This document shows, one piece after another, positions 1-11,633 of a stretch of DNA of 64,000 nucleotides (positions are counted from its first letter, which is position 1; each line of letters begins with the position of its first letter). The notes under the pieces were generated by a model. It searched no databases, was not told the origin of the DNA, and saw only the letters and a program-made list of their open reading frames with translations. This stretch comes from Spironucleus salmonicida (taxonomy: Eukaryota): the NCBI RefSeq assembly GCF_000497125.1, contig NC_090599.1:806001-870000 (forward strand), in the 5' to 3' direction. Position numbers and translations under genes: made by a program.

Positions 1-16
1 TCCCGCTCGACTGTAA

Positions 17-1030
17 ATGGCGCTCCAGCCAGCTCAGCCGAAAGCTCAGCACCCGACAGTTCGCGGCAAAAGGAAGAAAGGGGTCATGATCACCGCGATC
101 GTCCCCGCGTGGCAGTGCGACCTGCCGGAGCAGATCGCGTACGACGCCCAGCGGATCATCCTCAACACCTCCACGCCGGCCCCTTGCCCCCCTGGCGAGC
201 TGGTCCGCAACGGCTTCCGGCAGCACCAGGCGCTGGCCCGGCGGCTGAAGCGGGACTACGTGGACTCGGGCTTCGTCTCCGCGCGCTTCGACCCCGCGGA
301 GGTGGGGCTGCGGTCCACGAACACCAGCCGCACGCGCGCGTCCCTGCTGGGCCAGCTCGCGGTCCTCTTCCCGGGCACCGCCCAGTTCCGCGTGGACACC
401 GCGGAGAGCCTCGCGGACGGCTACCACCCGCCGTACCCGTGCCCGTGGCAGGCGGCGTTCCAGGAGGCCAACTACGTCACGCACGCCTCGCTGTTCCCCC
501 TGAAGGCGGAGCTTGATCAGGTCAATGCTGCTCTTAAGACTCCTAACTTTGACTGGAATCGCATTTGGGATGCGCTGCGTGCCATAACGGGGCGCGGGGA
601 TCCTTTGCCTGCCATAGTAACAAATAGCACCTACTAGAAAATCGAAGCCGCGAACGACATGTACTGGAAGCAGTGGTTCTGCAGCGCGGACCAGACCAAC
701 GCCACGAAGGTCGTCAAGATGAACGTGGGGCCCGTGTTCGCGGACATCATCCACAAGCTGACCGCGGACAGCCGCAAGCTCCACCTCGTCACGGCCCACG
801 ACACGACTCTCGCACCCCTGATGGCCGTGCTCACCAACGGCAGCTGGGACTGCGGCCAGCCCGGCTTCGCGGCGGACGTCCAGATCGAGCTGCACCAGCA
901 GGACCTGGTGCGCGTGCGGTACCTCGGGCGCCGGTCACGACGCTGCACTGCGCGGCCCAGACCTTCTGCCGCCTCGATGAGTTCACGAGCCTGCTGAGCG
1001 CATACCAGACGACGGGCAGCGCAGAGTTGA
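17..1030 (+). pseudogene. Histidine acid phosphatase-like gene, 5'-incomplete and frameshifted near 928
   Basis: ORFs 17..637 and 659..997 are one frame across a TAG. Motifs GELVRNGFRQHQALARRLKRDY, RSTNTSRTRAS and AHDTTL are present; no RHGxRxP is visible. The protein-like C-terminus (APVTTLHCAAQTFCRLDEFTSLL) continues in another frame after YLG. The 3' end is uncertain. Confidence 0.7.
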
Positions 1031-1461
1031 CCTGTGTTACAGCCCGCTCGGCCGGTGAAGGGATACTTTACTATTTTCTGCACGGCGGACGTCCCTACCT
1101 CCGCTGCAGAGACGGGGACGTCAGCGAACGGCAACCCTTAAGGGCAGGTGGGCGCTCCCGGCCGGCGGGCTTCTGCAGGGAGGCATGTAATCTGGCCCAG
1201 TCGCGCTCCTCAGCGAACACAGGGTGCAGCAGGGGCCGATTCCGGACATACGTAAATTCCCACGCCGCAGTCGAAGAAACTAGAGAAGCTCAAATATATA
1301 CTTTAGCGCAAGAATACTCGAGACTAGAATCTGCGGATACTCCCACATTTAGTAATTATATGGGCATACCCTATATACTCAAGAAACTACCCGCAGGCTA
1401 CAACAGTATATATGGCACCCAGGCACAATAACTGATGGGCACAACTCTCGCCCGCAGAATA

Positions 1462-2751
1462 ATGCTGGCCTTGCTCTTTGAGGCGGCGGTCTGCCCCAAG
1501 GCGGGCGCGCAGCTGAGTGGAGGAGTGCCGCAGTCCTAGCCTACCGTGCCGCTAGACAACCGATCCGCCCCCGCGCCTAACTGCTCGGCATCCACCGAGA
1601 CTGTGCCAACAGCAGCCCGCAGGTACCTGGCCGGCGCCGATGTAGAATCCCTGCTGGCGGAGGTTCGCCATTTCTCGGACCTGCTGCTGCGCCGGAATTC
1701 TCTCCGCAGCGGCAGCGCGGTGTTTACGGCAATGGCGCGGCGTTCTACCGTAGCGTAGACCATGCCAGTTGGGAAGCAGCCGGCCGCGGTCCAGACAACC
1801 CTCGTCGGCACAACCGCCGGCTGGAAGGAGAATCCCCCGAGCTGCCCTGCCGGCTCCCCGCCCTAGACTCTAGAGCAGATGCGCGACTTCCGCGCGCAGC
1901 TTGCCCGAGACCGAACCTTGCGGCTCGGACCAGCTCTGGACTGGTAGCTGACGGACTCCTCTCGCTGGAAATAGGCGTCCACGCCGGTAACCTTGTCTGC
2001 CGCCGCTAGCAGCCAGTGCCTGGATGCGATAACTGGCCTTGGCTCCGCCTCTGCGGACTTCCTCTAGGCCGCTGGCGACCTAACGAGGACAGGTGCGGGT
2101 CTGCTTGCCGCAGTGAACGTGCACGCCTCACCCATTCTCATGACCGCCCAGCCTGGCGACTCGCGCGCGGCGGCAGCGATGCCCGGAGTGGCGTCCATTA
2201 TGATTTAGTTCCAGAAGCCTCGGCCTGGCCTGCTGCTAGGGCCAGCAGTGTGCGATGCGCTGACCTTATTGCGCGGTTTGGACAAAGACGGGAGCGTCCT
2301 CCGAGAAGAGGGCAGGTACGCCCCCGGTCGTGTGGTGCGCCCTGTGTTCCTCCCAGGTGCCTCGGCGCGATGCCGCGCTAGGTACTCCGGCAGCACGCCT
2401 ACCCGCGCCCAGTAAAGCTTGCAGCGCAGCGCAGGCCCTGCCAGTAGGCTGGTCTGCTAGACCTCTGTCGCCGAGTTTACGTTCTAACGCGTAGCGTGCC
2501 TTCAGAATAACAGCTCGGCCACGAACCGCACGTCCCCTTTTGCGCCTGGTAGCGTTATCAGGCACCAGCCCGCGCTCATTGGCAGCCATCGGACGTCGTT
2601 CTCGCCCCCTGTGGTGGTGCACAGCGCGGTAGATTTTCGGGGTCAGGAGGCGATGGGGCTCGACGAAACTCGCATTGTCGCGGTAGCAGTTTCGCTGGCG
2701 GTGCTGGCGGTTTTTGTGATGGAGGCGGCGGCGGTGAGGCTGCAGCAGTGA
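1462..2751 (+). CDS. Hypothetical single-pass membrane protein (~429 aa)
   Basis: Frame open to TGA 2749-2751 with TAR=Gln. Hydrophobic N-terminus MLALLFEAAVC and C-terminal TM IVAVAVSLAVLAVFVM. Start uncertain because the frame is also open upstream. Confidence 0.55.
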
Positions 2752-2942
2752 GGTGGGCGGTGCGGTGTGCTAGACGGAGCATGCCCGGTACGCGCTAAGC
2801 GCAGGCACCATGGTCTGCCCGTCAGCCTAATCTGCACGTGCGGTGGCGGCCAGGAGTGAGGAAATAGATGTCCAGCGATTCCGCCAATAGCGCCATGCAA
2901 GGTGCTACTTAGCATTGTATACACCCGGTCGCCCACTCTAAA

Positions 2943-4205
2943 ATGCTGCTCGGGCTACCTGCGCAGTTCAGCGGCCTGGCACCGCGCGAGTCGCTGCAGG
3001 TTCCCACCACGTGTGAGCTCGGCAGCGGATGCAGGTGCCTCGGGGACGAGAGCCTGCTAGCGTACTGCAAGGAGCTGCCGTCCAGAACGGCGGGCCTGAG
3101 CGAGGAAGAGCGGAGCTACATGCACAAAAAGCTCAAGAAGGGTGCGGCTAAGTGTCCAGGCAGCGACTGCGGATACAAGCAGCTGATCGGTGCGCAGTTC
3201 GGGCCACACTCATTTTAGGAAGCCCCCAGGACGTGCGACATGGCGAGAATTTTGATTAACGCGTCGTTTGGGAGTAATATCTGCCTGCTGCTGCTTAAGA
3301 TGGTGGCGCTTGCTCTGTCGCGCTCAATGTCTGTGATGGCCTCGATGGTGGACTCCGCCCTGGACATCCTATCGGGCCTAGTGCTGTTCATCGCTCTGAA
3401 AATGGCCCGAAAGGGGATATAGCGGGGAGCCTACCAACAGTTCGTCCACTCGAACCGCCATACTAAAATTTTGTACTCGACCCGCTACGAGAGCCTGGGC
3501 GTGCTGGCATTCTCCTGCATCATGTCCGTCCTGGCGCTGCTCTTGTTTCAGGAGTCAATTAAAGTTATTCTGGACGTATGGAACAACCGTGCTCCGGCAA
3601 TTGACTTTTCTGCCGCACCAATTGCCATAATGCTTTTCACAATTTTACTCAAACTAGCTCTATTTCTGTTCTGCCTGCTCACGGCACGAAAGTCTACGTC
3701 TCCAAACGATGCTCTCTGCGCGTACAGGGACGATCATCGCAACGACGTGCTCACCAACTCGATATCGCTGTTCGGTGTATGGCTCACCCAGCTCGGGGGG
3801 AATTGGCGGTATTGCGACCCAGCCGTGAGTGCCGGCCTCTGCCTATTTATTTTCGGGAACTGGACGAAGAATGGGGTTGAAATGATGAAAAGCTTGGCGG
3901 GGTAGACGCTCCTGCCCGAGGACTGCACATGCTATGTGCAAAGGGTGCTGTCAACGTGTATCTCCAGTACCTTAATCGGGAGCATCAAGCGCGTACTAGT
4001 GTACGCCCAAGGGGGGCTGAGGACAGTGGAGTTCATCGTCGGAGTGGATGACAATATGACGGTTGACGTCGCGCACCAAATCTGCTAGGAGATCTAGGAC
4101 GAGGTAGAAGCAATGGCCGATGTGGAGCGATGCTTCTGCCATATTGAAGGGATGGGCTAAGATGATGGACAGCTGCATGGCGACGATATTCAGCAGCAGG
4201 TATGA
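2943..4205 (+). CDS. Cation diffusion facilitator, Mn-CDF/MTP8-11-like (420 aa)
   Basis: ORFs 2943, 3240 and 3471 share a frame across TAGs. DSALD and DHRND metal-site motifs; C-terminal AHQICQEIQDEVEAMADVERCFCHIE; TGA 4203-4205. Confidence 0.9.
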
Positions 4206-4371
4206 TCGGTTTACGCGGTTTATTTATAGTCAGATGCGCAGGTGCCGTTCGCGGAACGCTGCGCCCTCGTCTGGGTGCATTCGCCCGTGAGGCAAGCCCG
4301 AAGCGCATGGCTACACCCTGCGATTTAGCTGCAGCAGCCGTCGCGCAGCCAAAATGAAGGCGAATACCAAC

Positions 4372-4563
4372 TCACTTCGGGGCCAAGAGGCGGTCTATGT
4401 CGGCACGGTACCTCGCCATCACGTCCTGCTCAAGGGCGTTCATCCTGAGGATATAATCCTCATACGAGCCCTATGTGATGCCAGAGGCCGGGGCAACCGG
4501 TATCTCCGCCGGGCAGCCGGGGGCGGCAACGCCTCTAAGGAACTCCGGGATAGAGGGCGGCAT
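4372..4563 (-). CDS. Small hypothetical protein (63 aa, MPPSIPEFLRG...RADIDRLLAPK)
   Basis: ATG to TGA with one TAG; ends AAGTGA. Confidence 0.45.
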
Positions 4564-4605
4564 TTCGGGCCTCCTGCGGGATCGTTCCCCGGGGTCTGGT
4601 CACAT

Positions 4606-4679
4606 GGCTGCATAGCTCAGTCGGTTAGAGCATTAGTCTCATAAGCTAGGGGTCGTGAGTTCAATCCTCACTGCAGCTA
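4606..4679 (+). tRNA. tRNA-Met(CAT), probably elongator
   Basis: GGCTGCA/TGCAGCT acceptor stem, TAGCTCAGTCGGTTAGAGC D arm, CT-CAT-AA loop, GTTCAA T loop, T6 run downstream. Confidence 0.92.
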
Positions 4680-4706
4680 CTTTTTGGCATTCGTGGGCGA
4701 GAGACC

Positions 4707-5369
4707 TCACTTGGACTGCCTGGAGACGAACCAGTCGTAGGTGTCACACATGTAGCGCTCCCTGTTGTCCGCCATCGACCCGTAGTGGTTGCTGAACGTT
4801 TTCATGTAGTACTGGGCCGCCGCCGTGTTGGACATGTTGGTATCGTTGTCCAGATCGTGCAGTGCGTTCTTGCCCCGCTTGTTCTTCATGTCATTGAACT
4901 GGTCGGCCACTCTGGCCATGAACCTGTCGTTCAGGCATAGCTCGCCGCTCTGCCGGATCCACTCGTAGATTAAGCAGGCCACCTGCGGGGAGTTGGCGGT
5001 GTAGCCTTCCTGCTCCAGGACCGACTGGAACGCGCGGAAATATGCCAGGTCCTTCACCAGACGGCGGGCGATGTAGGATCTCGGCATCCTGGGGTTCTGC
5101 CTCATTCGGGGAAGGGTGAGGCCGCGGACGGTGTCGTAGAATACGTACCATATAGCGGGCACGGGAGACGGCCCCTTCGCGCGGACCGCAGGGGAGCGGC
5201 AGGTGCCGACCTCGGCTGCGCAGTACTTCCCGGCTCGGCTCCTGCAAGGCTGCCCCAGCGCGTAGGCCCAGCGGGCTTCGCGGGGCCTCCTGTCCGCATA
5301 CCCTGCCCTCTACTTCCGCCAGAGGGGTCCAATGGCCGGGCCGGGCCCAGCTACCCCACTGCCCGCCAT
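4707..5369 (-). CDS. Hypothetical protein (220 aa)
   Basis: ORF 4707..5162 extends through one TAG to ATG 5369; ends AAGTGA. Confidence 0.6.
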
Positions 5370-5422
5370 CTGAGACCGCCAGCAATCGCCTCCCTTTAGG
5401 GTCCTGTCCCCTTCCAGCGCAA

Positions 5423-5468
5423 AATTGAATTGAAATTCAAAGTGCGTCCTGTGAATTCAAATTCAATT
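5423..5468. promoter_or_regulatory. AT-rich imperfect palindrome between divergent genes (candidate bidirectional promoter)
   Basis: AATTGAATTGAAATTCA ... TGAATTCAAATTCAATT; 15/17 inverted match. Confidence 0.4.
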
Positions 5469-5487
5469 CGCGCCACCACACCACCTC

Positions 5488-5799
5488 ATGGTGCACTTCC
5501 TCAAGACGCTGAACCTGGCGAAGCTCACCAAGGGCCGGCCCTTCAAGACTCGCTGCCCCACGGCCATCCACATCATCCGGACTATCTGCGCCGATACCGC
5601 CAAGGTGGGCATCCGGGACGTGGTGCTTTCGGAGGACGTCAACCGCTACGTCTGGGCGCACGGCATCCGGACCCCAGTGCGGCGCATCCGCATCGACATC
5701 AACGTACAGGAGGACGCCAGCGGCAAGATTGCGGTAGTATCCCTCGTGGACTGGCCACAGACCGGATACCACGGGCTCACCGACGAGCATGCCGAGTGA
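5488..5799 (+). CDS. RPL31: 60S ribosomal protein eL31
   Basis: TLNLAKLTKGRPFKTRCPTAIHIIR...DVNRYVWAHGIRTPVRRIRI matches the L31e pattern. Confidence 0.9.
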   Translation: MVHFLKTLNLAKLTKGRPFKTRCPTAIHIIRTICADTAKVGIRDVVLSEDVNRYVWAHGIRTPVRRIRIDINVQEDASGKIAVVSLVDWPQTGYHGLTDEHAE

Positions 5800-5837
5800 T
5801 AGTTACGGCATATTTGATATCTTTCACTCCAAGCAAA

Positions 5838-6134
5838 ATGAACCCAGCGGAGGTCCTGTCGCATCTCAAGCACCTGGAAGGCCTATACGGTGCAACGCTC
5901 GGGGAGCCGAAGTATGAGGCAGTGCACCACGTGGCGCAGCAGCAGGAGCAGATATCCTCGCTTAGCGCATCTCTCGCCAGGTCGCAGCAGGACAGGCGGC
6001 AGCTGGAGACCTCCCTGATAATTGCTGACCAGGGGCTGCAGGTGGAATTGGATATTCTGAGGCAGCGCGTATCCGAGCTAGAAGCGGAGAACGCCCAACT
6101 GAGGCAGGGCGCAGAGCCCCTCGAAAGTGAATGA
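5838..6134 (+). CDS. Small coiled-coil protein (98 aa)
   Basis: ATG after CACTCC...AAAATG; heptad-like LRQRVSELEAENAQLR. Confidence 0.6.
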   Translation: MNPAEVLSHLKHLEGLYGATLGEPKYEAVHHVAQQQEQISSLSASLARSQQDRRQLETSLIIADQGLQVELDILRQRVSELEAENAQLRQGAEPLESE

Positions 6135-6139
6135 TAGCC

Positions 6140-6529
6140 TCACTGCGGTGCAACCAGCACCCACTTTGCGTCCACGAACGTGTCAGACCGCTCTCCCTTA
6201 AACTTTACCCGCAGCAAGCTGGATGGCTGCGACGGCTCGAAGCGCGCCAGCGTAGTGGCCTCGTACAGTGGGTAGCAGAACACCTTGGCCGAGCTGTCAT
6301 ACCAGGGTGCGTACACCACCGTCCCCTGGCCTATCTGCTCCGACGGGCGGTGGAACGCGTAGGCCTCCTCCGGCCTGACAGTGATGAGCTGGAACTTCGA
6401 GTGCTTGTCCTGGTACTGCAGGGTGATGCCCGTGGCGTCGAAGTCAGTAACGGTCGCCGGGATGTAGCCTAGCTTCTTGGAGGTGGGGTCGCGGATGGCC
6501 ATGAGCTGGGACCTCTGGACCTAAGCCAT
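6140..6529 (-). CDS. Small beta-rich protein, possibly tandem-Tudor (SGF29-like)
   Basis: ATG 6529 via one TAG. GTVVYAPWYDS...LYEAT...LRVKFKG...VDAKWV resembles a Tudor fold; family call tentative. Confidence 0.5.
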
Positions 6530-6647
6530 TCTGCTCTGCCTCCAGGGCGGAATATAATATACCACAAAATAAGTTTCCCTCGAGCGGCCCTGAAGCTCGG
6601 CACCAAGGGCGCCACGTCGGCCAGCCCGTGTGCTATCCAAAATACCC

Positions 6648-7323
6648 TCACTCCTGATGTTAAAACTCGCATATCTGCTGTCTGTACTCCTCGACCTTCT
6701 GCCCGGTGCTGTTGAATTTGCAAAAGGCGCCGTACCACCTCATTTTCTTCATCTCGCTGCACATCATCTCACTGTAGTACCAGTACAGCTCCTGCTTTAT
6801 CATCTTCGCCTGCGCGTCGCTGATCTAAAACTCGAGCATCTCCTTCAAGCAGTCGGCGAAGCGGTTGAACTCGAACTTCTGGCTATCGCACTCCGCGATG
6901 AAGTCGATGAAGGAGTCGATGAGGGACGGGAAGGAGGTAGCGTTTTGCAGATGGGCCGCGCGGATGAGGTGGATCCTGGTGATGAACAGGTAGTTCAGGT
7001 TGTCTGGGAAGTAGTGCAAGATCAGAGACAGGGCCGCGCTTAGGGCCGCGTAGGAGCGGTTCACGTAGGAAATGGGCTGCGGGATGTCTTTGAAGGCCAC
7101 GGGGTCAGCCTGGCTGTTTTTGACCAGGTAGTTGTAGTCCGCTATCTGGGTCTGATAGTTGTTAAATTCGACTTGGTAGGTGAAGGAGTACTCAATTAGG
7201 GAGATTCCGTAGTAAAGCAGATAGTCTAAATGATTAGACGGAGAAATATTTATAATTATGTTGTTAATCATACAAGTGTTTGTCTTCCCTTATTTAGAAG
7301 CCACTATAACTATACATCTTCCT
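6648..7323 (-). pseudogene. Helical hypothetical protein, 5' end cut by the inverted-repeat junction
   Basis: Frame open (TAR=Gln) from the junction at ~7323 to TGA 6648-6650; internal ATG at 7271. Confidence 0.55.
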
Positions 7324-7899
7324 CGCGAAGCCCGCTGGGCCTACGCGCTGGGGCAGCCTTGCAGGAGCCGAGCCGGGAAGTACTGCGCAGCCGAGGTCGG
7401 CACCTGCCGCTCCCCTGCGGTCCGCGCGAAGGGGCCGTCTCCCGTGCCCGCTATATGGTACGTATTCTACGACACCGTCCGCGGCCTCACCCTTCCCCGA
7501 ATGAGGCAGAACCCCAGGATGCCGAGATCCTACATCGCCCGCCGTCTGGTGAAGGACCTGGCATATTTCCGCGCGTTCCAGTCGGTCCTGGAGCAGGAAG
7601 GCTACACCGCCAACTCCCCGCAGGTGGCCTGCTTAATCTACGAGTGGATCCGGCAGAGCGGCGAGCTGTGCCTGAACGACAGGTTCATGGCCAGAGTGGC
7701 CGACCAGTTCAATGACATGAAGAACAAGCGGGGCAAGAACGCACTGCACGATCTGGACAACGATACCAACATGTCCAACACGGCGGCGGCCCAGTACTAC
7801 ATGAAAACGTTCAGCAACCACTACGGGTCGATGGCGGACAACAGGGAGCGCTACATGTGTGACACCTACGACTGGTTCGTCTCCAGGCAGTCCAAGTGA
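7258..7899 (+). CDS. Chimeric copy of the 4707..5369 protein with a new hydrophobic N-terminus
   Basis: MLLIIQVFVFPYLEATITIHL fused in frame to PREARWAY... at the IR junction. Confidence 0.45.
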   Translation: MLLIIQVFVFPYLEATITIHLPREARWAYALGQPCRSRAGKYCAAEVGTCRSPAVRAKGPSPVPAIWYVFYDTVRGLTLPRMRQNPRMPRSYIARRLVKDLAYFRAFQSVLEQEGYTANSPQVACLIYEWIRQSGELCLNDRFMARVADQFNDMKNKRGKNALHDLDNDTNMSNTAAAQYYMKTFSNHYGSMADNRERYMCDTYDWFVSRQSK

Positions 7900-7926
7900 G
7901 GTCTCTCGCCCACGAATGCCAAAAAG

Positions 7927-8000
7927 TAGCTGCAGTGAGGATTGAACTCACGACCCCTAGCTTATGAGACTAATGCTCTAACCGACTGAGCTATGCAGCC
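7927..8000 (-). tRNA. tRNA-Met(CAT), duplicate
   Basis: Reverse complement of 4606..4679. Confidence 0.92.
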
Positions 8001-8042
8001 ACGTGACCAGACCCCGGGGAACGATCCCACAGGAGGCCCGAA

Positions 8043-8234
8043 ATGCCGCCCTCTATCCCGGAGTTCCTTAGAGGCGTTGCCGCCCCCGGCTGCCCGGCGG
8101 AGATACCGGTTGCCCCGGCCTCTGGCATCACATAGGGCTCGTATGAGGATTATATCCTCAGGATGAACGCCCTTGAGCAGGACGTGATGGCGAGGTACCG
8201 TGCCGACATAGACCGCCTCTTGGCCCCGAAGTGA
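8043..8234 (+). CDS. Small hypothetical protein (63 aa), duplicate
   Basis: Mirror of 4372..4563. Confidence 0.45.
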
Positions 8235-8400
8235 GTTGGTATTCGCCTTCATTTTGGCTGCGCGACGGCTGCTGCAGCTAAATCGCAGGGTGTAGCCATG
8301 CGCTTCGGGCTTGCCTCACGGGCGAATGCACCCAGACGAGGGCGCAGCGTTCCGCGAACGGCACCTGCGCATCTGACTATAAATAAACCGCGTAAACCGA

Positions 8401-9663
8401 TCATACCTGCTGCTGAATATCGTCGCCATGCAGCTGTCCATCATCTTAGCCCATCCCTTCAATATGGCAGAAGCATCGCTCCACATCGGCCATTGCTTCT
8501 ACCTCGTCCTAGATCTCCTAGCAGATTTGGTGCGCGACGTCAACCGTCATATTGTCATCCACTCCGACGATGAACTCCACTGTCCTCAGCCCCCCTTGGG
8601 CGTACACTAGTACGCGCTTGATGCTCCCGATTAAGGTACTGGAGATACACGTTGACAGCACCCTTTGCACATAGCATGTGCAGTCCTCGGGCAGGAGCGT
8701 CTACCCCGCCAAGCTTTTCATCATTTCAACCCCATTCTTCGTCCAGTTCCCGAAAATAAATAGGCAGAGGCCGGCACTCACGGCTGGGTCGCAATACCGC
8801 CAATTCCCCCCGAGCTGGGTGAGCCATACACCGAACAGCGATATCGAGTTGGTGAGCACGTCGTTGCGATGATCGTCCCTGTACGCGCAGAGAGCATCGT
8901 TTGGAGACGTAGACTTTCGTGCCGTGAGCAGGCAGAACAGAAATAGAGCTAGTTTGAGTAAAATTGTGAAAAGCATTATGGCAATTGGTGCGGCAGAAAA
9001 GTCAATTGCCGGAGCACGGTTGTTCCATACGTCCAGAATAACTTTAATTGACTCCTGAAACAAGAGCAGCGCCAGGACGGACATGATGCAGGAGAATGCC
9101 AGCACGCCCAGGCTCTCGTAGCGGGTCGAGTACAAAATTTTAGTATGGCGGTTCGAGTGGACGAACTGTTGGTAGGCTCCCCGCTATATCCCCTTTCGGG
9201 CCATTTTCAGAGCGATGAACAGCACTAGGCCCGATAGGATGTCCAGGGCGGAGTCCACCATCGAGGCCATCACAGACATTGAGCGCGACAGAGCAAGCGC
9301 CACCATCTTAAGCAGCAGCAGGCAGATATTACTCCCAAACGACGCGTTAATCAAAATTCTCGCCATGTCGCACGTCCTGGGGGCTTCCTAAAATGAGTGT
9401 GGCCCGAACTGCGCACCGATCAGCTGCTTGTATCCGCAGTCGCTGCCTGGACACTTAGCCGCACCCTTCTTGAGCTTTTTGTGCATGTAGCTCCGCTCTT
9501 CCTCGCTCAGGCCCGCCGTTCTGGACGGCAGCTCCTTGCAGTACGCTAGCAGGCTCTCGTCCCCGAGGCACCTGCATCCGCTGCCGAGCTCACACGTGGT
9601 GGGAACCTGCAGCGACTCGCGCGGTGCCAGGCCGCTGAACTGCGCAGGTAGCCCGAGCAGCAT
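8401..9663 (-). CDS. Cation diffusion facilitator, duplicate
   Basis: Mirror of 2943..4205. Confidence 0.9.
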
Positions 9664-9974
9664 TTTAGAGTGGGCGACCGGGTGTATACAATGCTAAGTA
9701 GCACCTTGCATGGCGCTATTGGCGGAATCGCTGGACATCTATTTCCTCACTCCTGGCCGCCACCGCACGTGCAGATTAGGCTGACGGGCAGACCATGGTG
9801 CCTGCGCTTAGCGCGTACCGGGCATGCTCCGTCTAGCACACCGCACCGCCCACCTCACTGCTGCAGCCTCACCGCCGCCGCCTCCATCACAAAAACCGCC
9901 AGCACCGCCAGCGAAACCATTCCTTTGTGTGTTATACTATATTATGATTTCAACTCCTGAATATTATTTCTTGA

Positions 9975-10856
9975 AAAATTATTGCTTTAGCCCTTACTAT
10001 TACTTAAATTTAGTAAATATTAAAAACTTAATAATTATTTGTTAAAGTCATATATGATAAAACTTATTTATCGCTAAATATAACAATACTATCATCTTTT
10101 ATTTAGAATTATCTTATATTTAATAAACTACGTATAATTATCATATATTATAATAGTAATCTATATTAAATTGTTAAAATATAAGAGCAAATTCTTAATT
10201 ATTTACAATAATATAAATAGCTTGGTATGCGATAAATTAATAGAGCATTCAGTTAACTAAAAAGTATTAAAGCCACTACACTCTTATAATAACGTTCCAT
10301 ATAATCGACAAGAAAAATACATGTTTTCACAATCAAATTATTTATCGATTCATTAATATATATTTATCTTAGTAAAAAGGTAACAAGTTTATTTATTCAT
10401 AGTCCTTATGTTTACTAAAAAATTTTAGATTATGATTCCCAAATATTATAATATAAAATTAAATATATTCTCATTCTTATAAAGTATATGTAAAGTAAAT
10501 TATATATTGTATATTGGTAAAGTTTACCATTTCATAAAAGTATGGATGCCTTTCTAAGTGCATAATTAGATATGTATTGTGGTGTTCTGAATGCACTAGC
10601 TAATGAAACAGTATGTTTTTAAGCATAAAATGAAATAACTGCTTGTTATATACAAGTTACATAAGATGAAGTTAAAATTGATAGTAATGTATTTATTATG
10701 TCCTCAAAAACAAGTCCCTACCAAATTTTTACATCAGATGATTAAATTTGTCTTGAATATAAAGGTTTTTACGCTACTTGTTTAAAGGAGGATTTAGAAT
10801 AAGCCAAAGAGATTATTTAAAATATATTTGAATGCCAAAATTAGAATATTGAATGA
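9975..10856 (+). CDS. AT-rich hypothetical ORF, start uncertain or truncated
   Basis: ~880 nt with no TGA, ending ...CLKEDLEQAKEIIQNIFECQNQNIE-TGA. Confidence 0.4.
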
Positions 10857-10974
10857 TAATAAAAATAATATAATATATTTCCTTTTATAAACTAGCATGA
10901 GCTATAAAATATCTAAACATGTTAGAAAGAGATCTAGGTATAGTCTCAAAGGCACATTAAATGTTCAAAATTAA

Positions 10975-11400
10975 TCATGCAAGACCGATCTTACCGGCAA
11001 TATCAAGAGCGTAAACATCAGCAGGAAGTTTAATGAAAGCTTTCTTCTCACCAAGAGGGGTAATAAGGGTGTTGACTTTAGCAACCTTACAGCCAAATAC
11101 TTTGGTAAAAGCTTCTTTGATTTAAGGTTTAGTAGATTATAAGTTAACAATGAAGACGATGGTGTTAGCTTTTTCTAAGAGCTGTGCGTTAGCATCTGTT
11201 CTGATAGGATAACGAAGGACATCAAAGGCAGACTTTTCAGGCTTCTGAAGAGGAGAACGTTCATAAAGAGGCTTTGAAGGTCTGATGAGAGTCTTAGGAC
11301 GGAAGAAATGTACAGAGGTACGAACTTTGTATGTACGTTGGGTACGACCGACCGTAAAGGCCTTAGAAACACGAGTAGCAGAAGCAGCAGGAGCGGGCAT
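10975..11400 (-). CDS. RPL23A: 60S ribosomal protein uL23 (L23a), 141 aa
   Basis: VRTSVHFFRPKTL...NTIVFIV...KP(TAA=Q)IKEAF...KVNTLITPLGEKKAFIKL...ALDIAGKIGLA-TGA. Confidence 0.95.
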
Positions 11401-11633
11401 GTCAAGGGAGTGAAATTAAAAAAGAAATTAGAATTAATATAATCTATAAATAATATATTTTAATATATAATAAAATTTTATAATGAATAGCTTTATTCTA
11501 GGATTGTTAGGTCATATACTCCTATGAATAAGTTATATTATAGTTATAAATAGATATCAATAGATATCAATAAGATACTTGTATAAAATTAAGAAATAAA
11601 ACTCGTTGTTGCAAAATAAACTATCAAGATTAA

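Larger units (their letters stand above)
2689..5282. repeat. Left arm of ~2.6-kb inverted duplication (partner 7324..9917)
   Basis: Positions mirror as x <-> 12606-x; ORFs are mirrored with only a few substitutions. Confidence 0.95.
7324..9917. repeat. Right arm of ~2.6-kb inverted duplication
   Basis: Reverse complement of 2689..5282. Confidence 0.95.
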
